Assembly (NCBI GenBank): GCA_963580875.1
Contig: CAUZMC010000004.1
Location: 1 to 61,432 of the forward strand
DNA: 61,432 nt
From: Dehalococcoidia bacterium
GTDB lineage: Bacteria; Chloroflexota; Dehalococcoidia; Lucifugimonadales; UBA2985
Direction of reading: 5' to 3'
Of the stretch, positions 20,238 through 31,273 are shown piece by piece. The first letter of the stretch is position 1; each line of letters begins with the position of its first letter. Both the position numbers and the translations under genes were made by a program. The notes under the pieces are model-generated. The model did not search any database. It was given only the letters and a program-made list of their open reading frames with translations, and was not told where the DNA came from.

Positions 20238-21062
20238 GTGCCACTAATAAAAGTAAAACCAACATCTCCGGGTAGGCGTGGCCAAGTACTCCCGTCTTTT
20301 GAGGAGATTACTAAAAGCAAGCCGGAGAAATCTCTCCTGGCTCCTTTGCGCAAAAAGGGCGGAAGGAATGCTCAGGGTAGGTTGACAGTTCGTCACCGTG
20401 GAGGCGGCCATAAACGGAGACTACGGATTATAGATTTCAAAAGAAATAAGCCGGGTGTTCCAGGGAAAGTGCTTGCCATTGAGTATGACCCGAACCGTTC
20501 CGCTCGGCTGGCTCTCATTCAATATGCAGATGGAGATAAGAGATATAATCTGGCTCCTCAAGGGCTGACAGTTGGGGCTAAAATTGAGTCTGGACCCAAT
20601 GCTGAGATTGCTCTGGGCAATACCCTGCCTCTTAAACTCATCCGGTCTGGTAGTACTGTGCATAACGTAGAAATGCATCCTGGCAGAGGCGGTCAACTTG
20701 TGCGCAGTGCCGGTACATCAGCCCAGGTCTTAGCTAGAGAAGAAAGTCATGTTTTACTGCGCATGCCGTCTGGTGAGGTACGCAGATTGAATCCGGAGTG
20801 TATGGCCACCATAGGACAAGTTGGCAATCCGGACCACAAGAATGAAAAACTTGGTAAGGCTGGTAGGTCGCGGCACATTGGCCGTAGGCCTCAAGTAAGA
20901 GGATCTGCTATGAACCCGAATGACCATCCTCATGGTGGGGGCGAGGGTCGTTCTGGAATCGGTATGCCGGGGCCTAAGACTCCTTGGGGTAAGCCTGCGC
21001 TTGGGTACAGGACGCGCCGCAAGGGCAAGAGCAACAGCATGATCGTAAGGCGCAGACCCTAG
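20238..21062 (+). CDS. rplB: 50S ribosomal protein L2
   Basis: 274 aa, [27 protein letters not shown] motifs. GTG start. Confidence 0.97.
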   Translation: MPLIKVKPTSPGRRGQVLPSFEEITKSKPEKSLLAPLRKKGGRNAQGRLTVRHRGGGHKRRLRIIDFKRNKPGVPGKVLAIEYDPNRSARLALIQYADGDKRYNLAPQGLTVGAKIESGPNAEIALGNTLPLKLIRSGSTVHNVEMHPGRGGQLVRSAGTSAQVLAREESHVLLRMPSGEVRRLNPECMATIGQVGNPDHKNEKLGKAGRSRHIGRRPQVRGSAMNPNDHPHGGGEGRSGIGMPGPKTPWGKPALGYRTRRKGKSNSMIVRRRP

Positions 21063-21092
21063 AGAGATACGTGACGGGAAAGGAAATAAGGG

Positions 21093-21380
21093 ATGTCTAG
21101 ATCCATAAAAAAGGGACCGTACGTTCATCCCAAGTTGATGAAGAAGGTCGAGGCCTTGCAGGGAAGCGAGGCCAAGGTTGTAATCAAGACTTGGTCAAGA
21201 GCATCTATGATAATGCCAAATATGTTGGGTTTAACTATTGCCGTGCACGACGGACGCAGGCATGTGCCAGTTTTCCTCACGGAGAACATGGTTGGTCATC
21301 GGTTAGGAGAATTTGCTGCAACTCGGACATTTAGGGGGCACGCCTCCAAGTCTGAGCGACAAACTACGGTGAGAAGGTAA
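21093..21380 (+). CDS. rpsS: 30S ribosomal protein S19
   Basis: 95 aa, [10 protein letters not shown]...[10 protein letters not shown]...GHRLGEF. Confidence 0.97.
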   Translation: MSRSIKKGPYVHPKLMKKVEALQGSEAKVVIKTWSRASMIMPNMLGLTIAVHDGRRHVPVFLTENMVGHRLGEFAATRTFRGHASKSERQTTVRR

Positions 21381-21388
21381 GGAATATC

Positions 21389-21730
21389 ATGGCTGTAAAA
21401 GCTGTAGCCAAAAACATAAGTATTTCCCCGAAGAAAATGCGTCGAGTACTAAAGGTAGTTCGGGGTCAGAAGGTAGAAGAGGCCCTAAAGATATTGGGGT
21501 TTTTGCTTACGCCTGCCGCTAAAGAGGTGGCCAAGGTGGTGCATTCTGCTGCCAGTAACGCTGAGAACAATAACATGATGTCCCAGAGCGACCTCAGAAT
21601 AGTAGCTATTCACGCCGATCCCGGGGTAACTTTGCATAGATCTAGAGCAAGGTCAAGGGGCAGGTCTAGCAGAATTTTGAAACGTACTAGCCATATTACG
21701 GTGTTGGTTGATGAAGAGGGGGGTGCCTAA
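21389..21730 (+). CDS. rplV: 50S ribosomal protein L22
   Basis: 113 aa, ISPKKMRRV...RG..VEEAL..L motif. Confidence 0.95.
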   Translation: MAVKAVAKNISISPKKMRRVLKVVRGQKVEEALKILGFLLTPAAKEVAKVVHSAASNAENNNMMSQSDLRIVAIHADPGVTLHRSRARSRGRSSRILKRTSHITVLVDEEGGA

Positions 21731-22503
21731 TGGGCCAGAAGACTCATCCAATAGGATTTCGCCTTGGTGTCATCAAGGATTGGCAATCCAAGTGGTACGC
21801 TGGCAAGTCATCCCAGTACCGGACTCTGCTATTAGAGGATTTGCGAATACGGCGGGCCATTTTCTCGAGACTTCCGGACGCGAGCATATCCAAGGTTGAG
21901 TTGGAAAGAGGCGCTCAGGAATTAGTGGTTACGATTCACTCTGCAAGGCCTGGTATAGTGATTGGCCGCGGAGGTCAAAGAGTGGAGGATGTGAGAAGGA
22001 CCGTCGAGGAATTATCTCACAAACGGGCTCGATTAAACGTGCAGGAAGTTCGTCAGCCGGAACTGGATGCTCAACTTGTGGCAATGAGTATTGCTGAGCA
22101 GCTTGGGCGCAGGATTGCCTTCCGTAGGGCAATGCATCAGTCCGTAGACAGGGCAATGCAGTCAGGGGCAAACGGCATTAAGATCATCTGCTCAGGCAGG
22201 TTAGGCGGTATTGAGATAGCCCGTCGCGAGAAAGTCATGGAAGGACGTGTACCTCTCCATACTCTTCGTGCAGACATAGACTATGGCTTGGCTGAAGCTC
22301 GCACAGCTATGGGGCGTATCGGAGTAAAGGTGTGGATATATAAGGGTGACATCTTGCCGGAGCTTAAGAAGGTGGAGGCGGTTGAGGTGAATGATGAGGA
22401 GATGAAACTGATAGAAGTTACCGTTGGAGGACAAGAAGAAGAGTCCTCGGAGGAATCTCGGGATGCTACAACCGAAGAGAACCAAATACCGAAAAATGCA
22501 TAA
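21730..22503 (+). CDS. rpsC: 30S ribosomal protein S3 with acidic C-terminal extension
   Basis: [18 protein letters not shown] signature and KH domain. About 45-aa Glu/Ser-rich tail. Confidence 0.96.
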   Translation: MGQKTHPIGFRLGVIKDWQSKWYAGKSSQYRTLLLEDLRIRRAIFSRLPDASISKVELERGAQELVVTIHSARPGIVIGRGGQRVEDVRRTVEELSHKRARLNVQEVRQPELDAQLVAMSIAEQLGRRIAFRRAMHQSVDRAMQSGANGIKIICSGRLGGIEIARREKVMEGRVPLHTLRADIDYGLAEARTAMGRIGVKVWIYKGDILPELKKVEAVEVNDEEMKLIEVTVGGQEEESSEESRDATTEENQIPKNA

Positions 22504-22891
22504 AGGCCGTCGCCGCGGCAATGCTCAGACAGGAAATCAGGTGGACTTTGGGGACTTCGGTCTCAAATCTACCTCTACCGCTTTTGTTACCGCGCGGCAA
22601 ATAGAAGCCGCCCGCCGTGCTATCATGCGTCACTTCAGGCGAGGTGGTCAGGTATGGATTCGCGTCTTTCCGGATAAGCCGATTACGTCCAAGCCAGCGG
22701 AGACTCGCATGGGTAGCGGCAAAGGTAGCGTGGACAAATGGGTTGCAGTCGTAAAGCCGGGCCGTATTCTTTTTGAAGTGTCAGGTATCGGCAAGGAGAT
22801 AGCTATGGAAGCCCTGAGATTGGCTGCGCATAAGCTGCCTGTCTCTACGTTGGTGATATCTCGAGGCGATGCTCAACAGGCCGCGGGATAG
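22463..22891 (+). CDS. rplP: 50S ribosomal protein L16
   Basis: [16 protein letters not shown] at internal ATG 22463. Overlaps the rpsC tail by 41 nt. Confidence 0.95.
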   Translation: MLQPKRTKYRKMHKGRRRGNAQTGNQVDFGDFGLKSTSTAFVTARQIEAARRAIMRHFRRGGQVWIRVFPDKPITSKPAETRMGSGKGSVDKWVAVVKPGRILFEVSGIGKEIAMEALRLAAHKLPVSTLVISRGDAQQAAG

Positions 22892-22902
22892 GAGGGATAC
22901 CT

Positions 22903-23100
22903 TTGGACATTCTGGAAATAAGGGCACTTACGGATGAACAACTCGCATCTGAGTTGAACAGTACTTATAGAGAGCTAATGAACGTTCGCTTTCGCTTAAG
23001 CACGCGCCAGCTTGACAACCCTCAGGAACTTAGGAATGTGCGGAAGACTATAGCAAGGGTAAAAACTGTGATGCGTCAGCGAGGAATCGTGGAGAGATGA
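22903..23100 (+). CDS. rpmC: 50S ribosomal protein L29
   Basis: 65 aa, LR.L.DEQL..EL.....EL.N.RF pattern. Non-ATG start. Confidence 0.92.
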   Translation: MDILEIRALTDEQLASELNSTYRELMNVRFRLSTRQLDNPQELRNVRKTIARVKTVMRQRGIVER

Positions 23101-23438
23101 CAATGGTGAGAGGACGAAGAAAAATCAGGGTTGGTCGCGTGGTAAGCGACAAAATGGATAAGACAGTGGTCGTGGCCGTCGAGTGGCGTCAGATCCATCC
23201 ACTTTATGATAAGTCCGTGAGGAGGATTACCAAGTTCCACGCCCACGATGAGGACAACATCGCAAAGGTTGGGGACCTGGTGAATATTATGGAAACGCGT
23301 GCCATGTCTAAGACAAAACGCTGGAGAGTTACTGAAATTGTTGGTGGCGTGGAAATTTCAATCAGCGATGAGCTCGTAGAAATTCCCGAAGAGGAACCCG
23401 AAAGTGAAGACCAGGGTGAGCAGGAGGAAAAGGAATGA
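23097..23438 (+). CDS. rpsQ: 30S ribosomal protein S17 with acidic C-terminal tail
   Basis: [14 protein letters not shown]...HPLYDK...HAHDE motif, followed by a tail ...[16 protein letters not shown]. Confidence 0.95.
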   Translation: MTMVRGRRKIRVGRVVSDKMDKTVVVAVEWRQIHPLYDKSVRRITKFHAHDEDNIAKVGDLVNIMETRAMSKTKRWRVTEIVGGVEISISDELVEIPEEEPESEDQGEQEEKE

Positions 23439-23803
23439 TCCAGGTTTTCTCCCGCTTGACAGTGGCAGATAATTCGGGTGCTAAGGTCATCATGTGCATC
23501 AACGTCCTCGGAGGAACAGGCAGGCGATATGCTAGCGTTGGTGATGTCATTGTGGCTTCTGTGAAGGAAGCCGTGCCGGCCGCTGGTGTGAAGAAGGGTG
23601 AAGTTGTGCGGGCTGTTATCGTGCGTACTGCTGCCCCTCACAGGCGAGCCGATGGATCTTATATCAAATTTGATGAGAACGCCGCTGTGATTATTAATGA
23701 TAGCTTAAACCCCAGGGGTACTCGTATCTTTGGGCCTGTTGCACGAGAGTTGCGTGATAAGGCTTTCATGCGTATAGTTTCTTTGGCCCCGGAGGTGCTG
23801 TAG
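23435..23803 (+). CDS. rplN: 50S ribosomal protein L14
   Basis: 122 aa, MIQ...L.VADNSGAK...RFDENA..I motif. Confidence 0.97.
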   Translation: MIQVFSRLTVADNSGAKVIMCINVLGGTGRRYASVGDVIVASVKEAVPAAGVKKGEVVRAVIVRTAAPHRRADGSYIKFDENAAVIINDSLNPRGTRIFGPVARELRDKAFMRIVSLAPEVL

Positions 23804-24114
23804 TGAGACTTAAGCGAGAAGATACAGTACAAATAATTGCAGGCAAGGACAAAGGGAAACGAGGTAAGGTACAGCATGTTTTCCATAAATCAGACTTAGT
23901 TGTAGTAGAGGGAGCCAATATTATCACGCGGCATGTCAAATCCCGCCCAAACGTACGGCAAGCGGGAATAGTCAAGCAAGAGGCTCCATTTAATACCTCA
24001 AAGGCAATGCTAGTATGTATTCATTGCGATCGTGCAGTGCGTGTTGGATATAAATTTTTGGATAATGACAAGAAAGTCAGAGTGTGTGTTTCATGCCGGG
24101 AAGTGATCGACTAG
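23803..24114 (+). CDS. rplX: 50S ribosomal protein L24 (Cys-containing C-terminus)
   Basis: [23 protein letters not shown] motif. C-terminal CIHC...CVSC. Confidence 0.95.
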   Translation: MRLKREDTVQIIAGKDKGKRGKVQHVFHKSDLVVVEGANIITRHVKSRPNVRQAGIVKQEAPFNTSKAMLVCIHCDRAVRVGYKFLDNDKKVRVCVSCREVID

Positions 24115-24875
24115 AAGAAGCTAGTGCCTCAGAAACTACTGAAGTAGAGGCTGTTAAGCCTGAAGCAACCGAGCCTGCCAAGGTGGCTCCCAAAAGGAGT
24201 CCCAAAGCTAAGCGCGTTGTTGCTTCAGCAACTACTGAAGTAGAGGCTGTTAAGCCTGAAGCGGTTACAGGGGATGCTACGGTGCCTCCAAGAATCAATC
24301 GTGTCCCGCGCTTGTTGGAACGATATCGCTCACAAGTTAAGGAGGCAATGCAGCAAGAGTTTGGATACTTGAACGTTATGCAGATACCGCACCTAGAAAA
24401 AGTGGTTCTAAACATAGGACTGGGAGAGAGTAAGACCAACCCCAAAGCTATGGAAAACGCCACGCGAGATCTGGGACTCATTGCTGCACAGAAGCCCGTT
24501 ATTACTCGGGCTAGGCGTTCTATAGCTGGATTCAAGCTGAGGGAAGGTGACCCAATCGGAACTGCGGTGACACTCAGGGGTAACCGTATGTATGAATTTA
24601 TGGACAGGTTGCTTAATGCTGCTTTGCCACGCATTCGTGACTTCCGCGGTGTATCACGGAAGGCATTTGATGGGCGAGGGAATTATTCCCTGGGCATTCG
24701 TGAGCAGGTGGTTTTCCCGGAAATAGACTACGGTCAAATAGATCGCATTCGTAGCCTGCAGGTTGCCATTATTACAACGGCTGCCACTGATCAGGAAGCT
24801 ATGCGTCTGCTGGATCTTCTAGGTATGCCATTCACGCGAGAGACAGTGGTAGCTAGCGAAAGTGTCAAAAGTTAA
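24084..24875 (+). CDS. rplE: 50S ribosomal protein L5 (start uncertain; possible about 66-aa N-terminal extension)
   Basis: The core L5 signature ([36 protein letters not shown]) begins at about 24300. The longest ORF starts at ATG 24084 inside rplX. An alternative in-frame GTG at 24282 has AGGGGA 8 nt upstream and gives a 197-aa product closer to typical L5 length. Confidence 0.9.
   Translation: MCFMPGSDRLEEASASETTEVEAVKPEATEPAKVAPKRSPKAKRVVASATTEVEAVKPEAVTGDATVPPRINRVPRLLERYRSQVKEAMQQEFGYLNVMQIPHLEKVVLNIGLGESKTNPKAMENATRDLGLIAAQKPVITRARRSIAGFKLREGDPIGTAVTLRGNRMYEFMDRLLNAALPRIRDFRGVSRKAFDGRGNYSLGIREQVVFPEIDYGQIDRIRSLQVAIITTAATDQEAMRLLDLLGMPFTRETVVASESVKS
24126..24262 (+). repeat. in-frame direct duplication, 96-nt period, at the L24/L5 junction
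   Basis: A 33-nt exact copy aactactgaagtagaggctgttaagcctgaagc occurs at 24134-24166 and 24230-24262. It extends to about 41 nt with 2 mismatches from 24126 and 24222. It encodes (S)A(S/T)[11 protein letters not shown] twice. Confidence 0.9.
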
Positions 24876-24973
24876 AAGGTATAGAGCGATAGGCATGGCC
24901 GAGTTTGTGAAGGGATGGCTCTTTGCGTCTGTGGAGTATCGGTTCTGCGTCGTATAGAATAAGGAAGGTTTAA

Positions 24974-25159
24974 TTGGCTAAAACATCCCAGATTGCCAAG
25001 TGGAGAAAGCCCCCGAAGTACGCGGTAAGGTTCCATAATCGGTGTAACCTTTGTGGTCGTCCGCGGGCTTACATAAGGCATTTTGGACTTTGTAGAATAT
25101 GCTTCCGTGAGCTTGCCTTGAAGGGTGAGATTACGGGCATTAGGAAGGCCAGCTGGTAG
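24974..25159 (+). CDS. rpsN: 30S ribosomal protein S14 type Z (zinc-binding)
   Basis: 61 aa, [26 protein letters not shown] start with AGGAAGG RBS. Confidence 0.95.
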   Translation: MAKTSQIAKWRKPPKYAVRFHNRCNLCGRPRAYIRHFGLCRICFRELALKGEITGIRKASW

Positions 25160-25164
25160 TTCAT

Positions 25165-25566
25165 ATGAATTCAACTGATCCAATAGCAGATATGTTGACG
25201 AGAATAAGGAACGCCGTGGCGGTTCGCCATGAAGCGGTTTTGGTGCCTGGGTCAAATCCAAAGGTGGCTTTGGCGCAGATCATGAAGAGCGAGGGATTCA
25301 TAGAAGACTTTGAAATCCTGCGTAGTAGCAGGCCTGAGACTACCTTGCGAGTCCGCCTGAAGTACGACGATAAAAAAGTGCCTATAATCTCCGGTCTAAA
25401 GCGCGTGAGCAAGCCAGGGTTGAGAAAATATGTGGGCAGCAAGGAAATACGCAATATTTACGGTGGTATGGGAGTGGCTATAATATCCACTTCTCAGGGA
25501 GTGATGACTGGTTCAGAAGCACGGAGACGTGGAATAGGCGGAGAATATCTATGTTATTTGTGGTAA
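25165..25566 (+). CDS. rpsH: 30S ribosomal protein S8
   Basis: 133 aa, DPIADMLTRIRNA signature. Confidence 0.97.
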   Translation: MNSTDPIADMLTRIRNAVAVRHEAVLVPGSNPKVALAQIMKSEGFIEDFEILRSSRPETTLRVRLKYDDKKVPIISGLKRVSKPGLRKYVGSKEIRNIYGGMGVAIISTSQGVMTGSEARRRGIGGEYLCYLW

Positions 25567-25570
25567 CAAC

Positions 25571-26116
25571 ATGTCTAGAATAGGTAATAGGCCAATCCAA
25601 ATCCCTCAGGATGTACAGGTGGAAATAGACGGGTCTACAGTTATGGTTAAGGGTAGCAAGGGCACATTGACCCAGACTTTCAACTCAGATATATCCATCT
25701 CGAAAGAGGGCGATGTTATTAAGGTGACAAGGCCAACTGATAATAGAGATCATAGGGCCCTTCACGGACTTACGGGCGCTCTTGTAGCTAACATGGTAAT
25801 AGGCGTCAGTGAAGGGTATCGGCGAACTCTTGAGTTGGTGGGTGCGGGTTATCGCGCTCAGGAATCAGATGGTAACCTGGTACTCCAGGTGGGATACAGC
25901 CATACTGTTGAAATCACACCTCTGCCGCAGACAGCTTTGTCGCTGGAGGGCAACAACCGTATTCACGTCGATGGCATTAATAAACAGGCAGTTGGAGAGT
26001 TGGCAGCCCGCATAAGAAGGGTTAGGCGTCCAAATGCATACACTGGTAAGGGGATAAGATTTGCTGGCGAGGTAATCCGTCTCAAGCCGGGCAAGTCTGC
26101 TGGGAGGAAAGCATAA
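25571..26116 (+). CDS. rplF: 50S ribosomal protein L6
   Basis: 181 aa, [12 protein letters not shown] motif. Confidence 0.96.
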   Translation: MSRIGNRPIQIPQDVQVEIDGSTVMVKGSKGTLTQTFNSDISISKEGDVIKVTRPTDNRDHRALHGLTGALVANMVIGVSEGYRRTLELVGAGYRAQESDGNLVLQVGYSHTVEITPLPQTALSLEGNNRIHVDGINKQAVGELAARIRRVRRPNAYTGKGIRFAGEVIRLKPGKSAGRKA

Positions 26117-26118
26117 CT

Positions 26119-26487
26119 ATGGCTAAGGTTAAAAATTCCAGGGTTATGCGCCTTATTCGACACAAACGTGTACGGCAGAAGATAGAGGGCACTCCATTGA
26201 GGCCTCGCCTGGCATTGTTTCGCAGTTTGAATAATATCTATGCGCAGGTTATAGACGATACTCAGGGGATTACCCTAGCAGCGGCTTCTAGTCTGGAATC
26301 AGAAATAAAAGATGGTAAGGACTCTCAGCCCAAGGGCAAAATTTCTATTATGGTGGGAACATTACTGGCTCGTAGGGCCAAAGAAAATGGTATAAGTAAG
26401 GTAGTCTTTGACACAGGCGGATATAAGTATCACGGTCGAGTCAAGGCATTTGCAGAGGCAGCAAGAGAGGCTGGATTGGAGTTTTAA
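26119..26487 (+). CDS. rplR: 50S ribosomal protein L18
   Basis: 122 aa, R.KRVR.KI.GT..RPRL.VFRS...IYAQ..DD motif. Confidence 0.96.
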   Translation: MAKVKNSRVMRLIRHKRVRQKIEGTPLRPRLALFRSLNNIYAQVIDDTQGITLAAASSLESEIKDGKDSQPKGKISIMVGTLLARRAKENGISKVVFDTGGYKYHGRVKAFAEAAREAGLEF

Positions 26488-26999
26488 TGGTACAACAATC
26501 TAGACGGCGAGATAGATTCGAACAGGCAGACTCGGACCTCACTGAGCGCGTGGTAAAAATACGACGTGTCACAAAGGTCGTGAAGGGCGGAAGACGCCGC
26601 GGCTTTAGCGTTATGGTTGTAGTTGGTGACGGCGCTGGTCGTGTGGGGGTGGGATTGGGCAAGGCATTTGCCGTTCCGGATGCTGTGCGTAAAGGAGTGA
26701 CAATAGCCAAGAAAAACTTGGTCACCGTGCCTATGAATGGTGACACCATACCTCATCAGATAGTGTCAAAGCACTGTGCGTCACTTGTTCTTCTTAAACC
26801 AGCTGCTCCCGGCACGGGTATAATAGCCGGCGGTGCGGTTAGGGCGGTGGTGGAATCTGCAGGCATTCGAGATATTTTAACTAAGTCCATTGGGAGCCCA
26901 AACGCTATAAACGTAGTTAGGGCTACTATTCTAGGGTTGACGCAGCTTAAGGATCCAGCCCTAGAGATTGCTAAGAGGAAGGGTACAGGTCAGTCGTAG
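26487..26999 (+). CDS. rpsE: 30S ribosomal protein S5
   Basis: 170 aa, [15 protein letters not shown]...VVVGD..G.VG.G.GKA motif. Confidence 0.97.
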   Translation: MVQQSRRRDRFEQADSDLTERVVKIRRVTKVVKGGRRRGFSVMVVVGDGAGRVGVGLGKAFAVPDAVRKGVTIAKKNLVTVPMNGDTIPHQIVSKHCASLVLLKPAAPGTGIIAGGAVRAVVESAGIRDILTKSIGSPNAINVVRATILGLTQLKDPALEIAKRKGTGQS

Positions 27000-27034
27000 C
27001 GCTGGTGTAACATAATAATTCGATAGGTGGCGGC

Positions 27035-27247
27035 GTGAAAGGCCGACAGTCAGAGGATGTTTTGAGTAAAATACGAATACAGTGGAAGAAAAGCGCCATA
27101 GGCTATCCAAAAGAGCAGGGCCGAGTGATCGAAGCTCTTGGCTTGAAGCGTCTCAACCATGAAGTCGAACGAGAGGAATCTCCAACGATATTGGGTATGG
27201 TCCATAAGGTTAGACATTTGGTTGAGGTAAAGCGGGGAGAGGAATGA
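27035..27247 (+). CDS. rpmD: 50S ribosomal protein L30
   Basis: KSAIGYPKEQGRVIEALGLKRLNH...GMVHKVRHLVEV. GTG start at 27035; a TTG at 27062 is an alternative. Confidence 0.88.
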   Translation: MKGRQSEDVLSKIRIQWKKSAIGYPKEQGRVIEALGLKRLNHEVEREESPTILGMVHKVRHLVEVKRGEE

Positions 27248-27690
27248 GATTAGATCAGTTAAGGCCACCTTTGGGAGCTCGCCGCGCGCGAAAACGGGTA
27301 GGACGTGGCAATGGCAGTCAGGGTACGTATTCAGGTCGCGGCGTGAAAGGCCAAAAGGCTCGTGCAGGCGGCGGTGTACGTCCAAGCTTCGAGGGAGGCC
27401 AGCTTCCTTTGGTAAAGCGTTTGCCTACTCAGCGTGGATTTACGAATATCTTTAGGAAAGAATATTCCATTATCAATCTGGACGTCCTTGTCGCTCGGTT
27501 TCCACTGGAATCCGAAGTGACTCCTATGGCCATGAAAGAGATTCGTTTGATTAGAGGTTCTTTGCCTGTAAAGGTGTTGGGTCAGGGTGAGATCAGCCGT
27601 GCTATCACCATTACAGCGAATAAATTCTCCACAGAGGCCAAGCGTAAGATAGAGGCAGCTGGCGGAAAGGCAGTTGAGATACAAGCATGA
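27244..27690 (+). CDS. rplO: 50S ribosomal protein L15
   Basis: 148 aa, RVGRGNGSQGTYSGRG.KGQKAR.G motif. Confidence 0.96.
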   Translation: MRLDQLRPPLGARRARKRVGRGNGSQGTYSGRGVKGQKARAGGGVRPSFEGGQLPLVKRLPTQRGFTNIFRKEYSIINLDVLVARFPLESEVTPMAMKEIRLIRGSLPVKVLGQGEISRAITITANKFSTEAKRKIEAAGGKAVEIQA

Positions 27691-29030
27691 TGCGTCAATC
27701 TCAAACTGCCAAAGCAGACGGTGGAACTCCCAGGCTGCTCCAGGCTGTCATAGACGCTATGAAGGTGCCAGAGCTAAGGGCTCGGCTTCTTTTTGTGTTT
27801 GCTATGTTAGTGGCATTTCGTTTTCTGGCTCAGGTACCTGTACCTGGGGTAGAAAGGGAAGCTCTGGCTAATTTCTTTCGTGATAATGAGTTATTCGGTT
27901 TTCTGGATATTTTCAGCGGGGGCGCTCTTAGAAGCTTGAGTGTCGTTGCTTTGGGTGTTTTCCCATACATTACATCGTCTATTATCATGCAGTTGATGGT
28001 GCCTGTCGTTCCACAGCTTAAAGAGTTAAGCAAAGAGGGTGAAGTGGGACGACAGAGGATAAATCAGTTGACCCACTTCCTCATGGTGCCAATCGCAGCC
28101 CTACAAGGATTTGGACAGTTGACGCTACTCCAGCGTGGAGGAGCCATAAGTGGAGTGGGAGTGTCGGGAGATACCCTGCTGCCAACCATTGCCATTATAA
28201 CTACCTTGGTCGCAGGGTCTGTCTTCTTGGTATGGATTGGTGAATTGATAACGGAAAAGGGCATTGGTAATGGCATATCTATTATCATATTTGCTGGTAT
28301 AGTGGCAACTCTACCCCAGATGATAGGGCAGGGTTTCTTGGAAAAAGATAATGTCGCCGGTCTTCTGCTCCTGGTAGTTATCGGAGCTATCATGGTGTAC
28401 TTGATAGTCATGTTCACTGAGGCAGAGCGACGGATTCCTGTTCAATACGGCCGAGCGGTTTTTCGTGGTGGACGAATGTACCGCCAGGGCGGAGCTACAC
28501 ACTTGCCGGTAAAAGTGAACTCGGCTGGAATGATACCTCTGATATTCGCCTTTTCAATAATGATATTTCCTGGTGTTGTGGCCAGCTACTTTATGGACCC
28601 GTCCAGCACCTCATTCCTGAGCCAGGCAGCGGGCTTTGTTCAAAACCTCTTTGACCCCACCAAATTCTTTTATTACTTGTTCAGCTTTCTTCTGGTTGTA
28701 GCTTTCACGTTTTTCTACGCGCTTATTGTATTTAAGCAGCAGAACCTTGCGGAGAGCTTACAAGGAAACGGGGGTTTCATCCCCGGTATACGGCCAGGCA
28801 AGTCCACTGACACATACTTGAACCGCATCGTAGTGCGTGTGACATGGGGTGGGGCATTGTTCCTTGGCCTTGTGGCGGTTATACCGTTTATTGTCACTCA
28901 ACTTACAGATGTTCGCGCCCTTCAACTTCCATCTATAAGCTTGCTCATAATGGTGGGAGTTGGTCTGGATACTATGAGACAACTGGAGGCTCAGTTGCTC
29001 ATGCGAAATTACGAAGGGTTTATTCGGTAG
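27687..29030 (+). CDS. secY: preprotein translocase subunit SecY
   Basis: 447 aa, 10-TM pattern, GIGNGISIIIFAGI motif. Confidence 0.97.
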   Translation: MMRQSQTAKADGGTPRLLQAVIDAMKVPELRARLLFVFAMLVAFRFLAQVPVPGVEREALANFFRDNELFGFLDIFSGGALRSLSVVALGVFPYITSSIIMQLMVPVVPQLKELSKEGEVGRQRINQLTHFLMVPIAALQGFGQLTLLQRGGAISGVGVSGDTLLPTIAIITTLVAGSVFLVWIGELITEKGIGNGISIIIFAGIVATLPQMIGQGFLEKDNVAGLLLLVVIGAIMVYLIVMFTEAERRIPVQYGRAVFRGGRMYRQGGATHLPVKVNSAGMIPLIFAFSIMIFPGVVASYFMDPSSTSFLSQAAGFVQNLFDPTKFFYYLFSFLLVVAFTFFYALIVFKQQNLAESLQGNGGFIPGIRPGKSTDTYLNRIVVRVTWGGALFLGLVAVIPFIVTQLTDVRALQLPSISLLIMVGVGLDTMRQLEAQLLMRNYEGFIR

Positions 29031-29040
29031 AAAGAGAACT

Positions 29041-29682
29041 GTGCGTATTATTCTTCTCGGTCCCCCAGGAGCAGGAAAAGGCACTCAAGCTAAGAGTATG
29101 TCAGAATCTTTGGATATTGTGCATATTTCTTCTGGTGACCTCCTGCGAGACCACCAATCCAGAGGCACTGAGTTGGGGGATACGGCTCGTTCTTATATGC
29201 AACAGGGATTGCTTGTGCCTGACGACTTGATTATTGGTATGATTGAGGAACGCATTAAACTTCCAGATGCACAGAACGGCTATGTTTTGGACGGTTTTCC
29301 ACGTACTGTGGAACAGGCATTGGCACTGGAGAAGGCACTCGAGAAACAGGGAGAGACTATAGATACGGTAGCGAATATCAGTGTCTCAGAAGAAGAATTA
29401 ATTCTGCGCTTGGGAGGCAGGTGGATTTGTCGCAATTGCCAAAGACCGTATCACGAAGTGAATTCTGCCCCACGTAAACATGGGAAATGTGATGATTGCG
29501 AGGGAGAATTGTATCAGAGGGAAGACGATGTTTCTGAGGCAGTGAGCAAACGCATCAAGGTATTTGCTGAGCAAACAGTTCCACTGATAGGATATTATAG
29601 TGATAAGGAAATCTTGGTGCAGGTAGACGGTGAAGGGAGCATTGAGGGAGTGAGAAAGTCGCTCCTGAATGCGGTGGCGTAA
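29041..29682 (+). CDS. adk: adenylate kinase (zinc-lid form)
   Basis: 213 aa, P-loop LLGPPGAGKGTQA. Lid CRNC...CDDC. GTG start. Confidence 0.96.
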   Translation: MRIILLGPPGAGKGTQAKSMSESLDIVHISSGDLLRDHQSRGTELGDTARSYMQQGLLVPDDLIIGMIEERIKLPDAQNGYVLDGFPRTVEQALALEKALEKQGETIDTVANISVSEEELILRLGGRWICRNCQRPYHEVNSAPRKHGKCDDCEGELYQREDDVSEAVSKRIKVFAEQTVPLIGYYSDKEILVQVDGEGSIEGVRKSLLNAVA

Positions 29683-29694
29683 AGGTAAAATTAA

Positions 29695-30486
29695 ATGGGA
29701 GATAAGACGCTTTTTACAGATATGGTAACTAGGGAACGGGGTATAACCCTGAAATCCTCCAGGGAAATTGAGTCTATGCGACAAGCAGGAAAAGTGGTTG
29801 CTCAGACCATCGGTACTCTTTTAGAGGCTATTCGACCTGGCATGAAAACGAGTGATCTGGACGATATCGCCTTCAATCATATCAAGAAATTGGGGGCAAT
29901 ACCCTCCTTTAAGGGATATCTGGGTTTCCCGTGTACAATATGTGTGTCAGTCAACGACGAAATTGTTCACGGCATCCCAGGAGACAAAGTTATCCGAGAT
30001 GGAGACCTTGTGAGTTTGGATGTGGGGGCGGTAGTGGAAGGTTTCCATGGGGATGCCGCACGGACCGTAGGCGTTGGGAATGTCTCGCTTGAAGTCACCA
30101 ATCTCATAGACGTAACCAGGGAGGCATTGGAGAGAGGAATTGCAGCCGCTACTCATGGTTCGCGATTGGGAGACATAGGGTGGGCCGTTCAGTCCTTCGT
30201 CGAGGGAAAAGGCTATTCGGTGGTCAGGGAATACGTTGGACATGGAATCGGGAGAGCTCTTCATGAAGAGCCACAGATTCCAAATTTCGGCACTCCGGGT
30301 TCTGGTACAATGTTGAAGAAGGGCATGGTCATTGCAATAGAGCCGATGGTGAATATCGGCGGCTGGCAGACTAGGGCGCTGGAGGACAATTGGACAGTAG
30401 TGACAGAGGACGGAAGTCTTTCTGCTCACTTTGAAAACACTTTGCTCATCACAGAAGGTGATGCGGAGGTGCTAACTCGAGTATAG
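29695..30486 (+). CDS. map: type I methionine aminopeptidase
   Basis: 263 aa, metal ligand context (VHGIP, D..S.DVG, GHGIG, EPM, E.T). The start could also be ATG 29722. Confidence 0.94.
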   Translation: MGDKTLFTDMVTRERGITLKSSREIESMRQAGKVVAQTIGTLLEAIRPGMKTSDLDDIAFNHIKKLGAIPSFKGYLGFPCTICVSVNDEIVHGIPGDKVIRDGDLVSLDVGAVVEGFHGDAARTVGVGNVSLEVTNLIDVTREALERGIAAATHGSRLGDIGWAVQSFVEGKGYSVVREYVGHGIGRALHEEPQIPNFGTPGSGTMLKKGMVIAIEPMVNIGGWQTRALEDNWTVVTEDGSLSAHFENTLLITEGDAEVLTRV

Positions 30487-30521
30487 TATATTTGGAGTTG
30501 GGAAGCAGGCTGATAAAATAA

Positions 30522-30740
30522 ATGCCTAAGAAACCAGGATTAGAGATAGAAGGTACAGTTTCTCAGTCTTTACCCAATGCTATGTTTTGGGTAGATTTGG
30601 CCAATGGTCATCGTATACTGGCGCATGCATCCGGCAAGATAAGGGTACACTTTATCAGGGTGTTACCAGGAGATAGAGTGTTAGTTGAACTTTCGCCGTA
30701 CGATCTGACGCGTGGTCGGATTACGTACCGCTTTAAGTGA
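30522..30740 (+). CDS. infA: translation initiation factor IF-1
   Basis: 72 aa, S1-like (GTV...[19 protein letters not shown]...I...GD.V.VE.SPYDL..GRI.YR). Confidence 0.97.
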   Translation: MPKKPGLEIEGTVSQSLPNAMFWVDLANGHRILAHASGKIRVHFIRVLPGDRVLVELSPYDLTRGRITYRFK

Positions 30741-30750
30741 TGGAGGAATA

Positions 30751-30864
30751 ATGAAGGTTCAGGCTTCAATAAAAGTAAGATGTGAAAAATGTAAGGTGAT
30801 CCGCAGAGAGCGAGTTCTGAGAGTTATCTGTGAGAATCCTAAGCACAAACAGAGACAGGGGTAG
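30751..30864 (+). CDS. rpmJ: 50S ribosomal protein L36 (zinc form)
   Basis: Hand-translated 37-aa ORF not in the track: [45 protein letters not shown]. Confidence 0.93.
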   Translation: MKVQASIKVRCEKCKVIRRERVLRVICENPKHKQRQG

Positions 30865-30879
30865 ATATGAGGATAAGAC

Positions 30880-31263
30880 ATGGCTAGAGTTGCTGGCATA
30901 GACATACCAGACGGGCAACGGCTGGATTACTCTTTGCGTCGTATATATGGGATTGGTCCTGTTATCTCCAAGAGCGTTGTGCTACAAGCGGGAGTGGAGG
31001 GCAATCCGAGAGTACGAGACTTGAGTGAAGGCGAATTAACTCGTATTCGCGAGGTTATAGATCGTGAATGCGTAGTAGAGGGAGACCTGCGTCGGGAAGT
31101 AAATGGCAATATTCGCAGGTTAATTGACATAGGCACCTATCGAGGCCTGCGTCACCGACGTGGACTACCAGTAAGAGGCCAACGTACGAAAACGAACGCT
31201 AGAACGAAGCGGGGGTCTCGGAAGACCGTGGCAGGACGCCGGAACGCCGGAACTAGAAGGTAA
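30880..31263 (+). CDS. rpsM: 30S ribosomal protein S13
   Basis: 127 aa, ARVAGIDIP...YGIG...[20 protein letters not shown]. Confidence 0.97.
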   Translation: MARVAGIDIPDGQRLDYSLRRIYGIGPVISKSVVLQAGVEGNPRVRDLSEGELTRIREVIDRECVVEGDLRREVNGNIRRLIDIGTYRGLRHRRGLPVRGQRTKTNARTKRGSRKTVAGRRNAGTRR

Positions 31264-31273
31264 GGAGAAGGGC

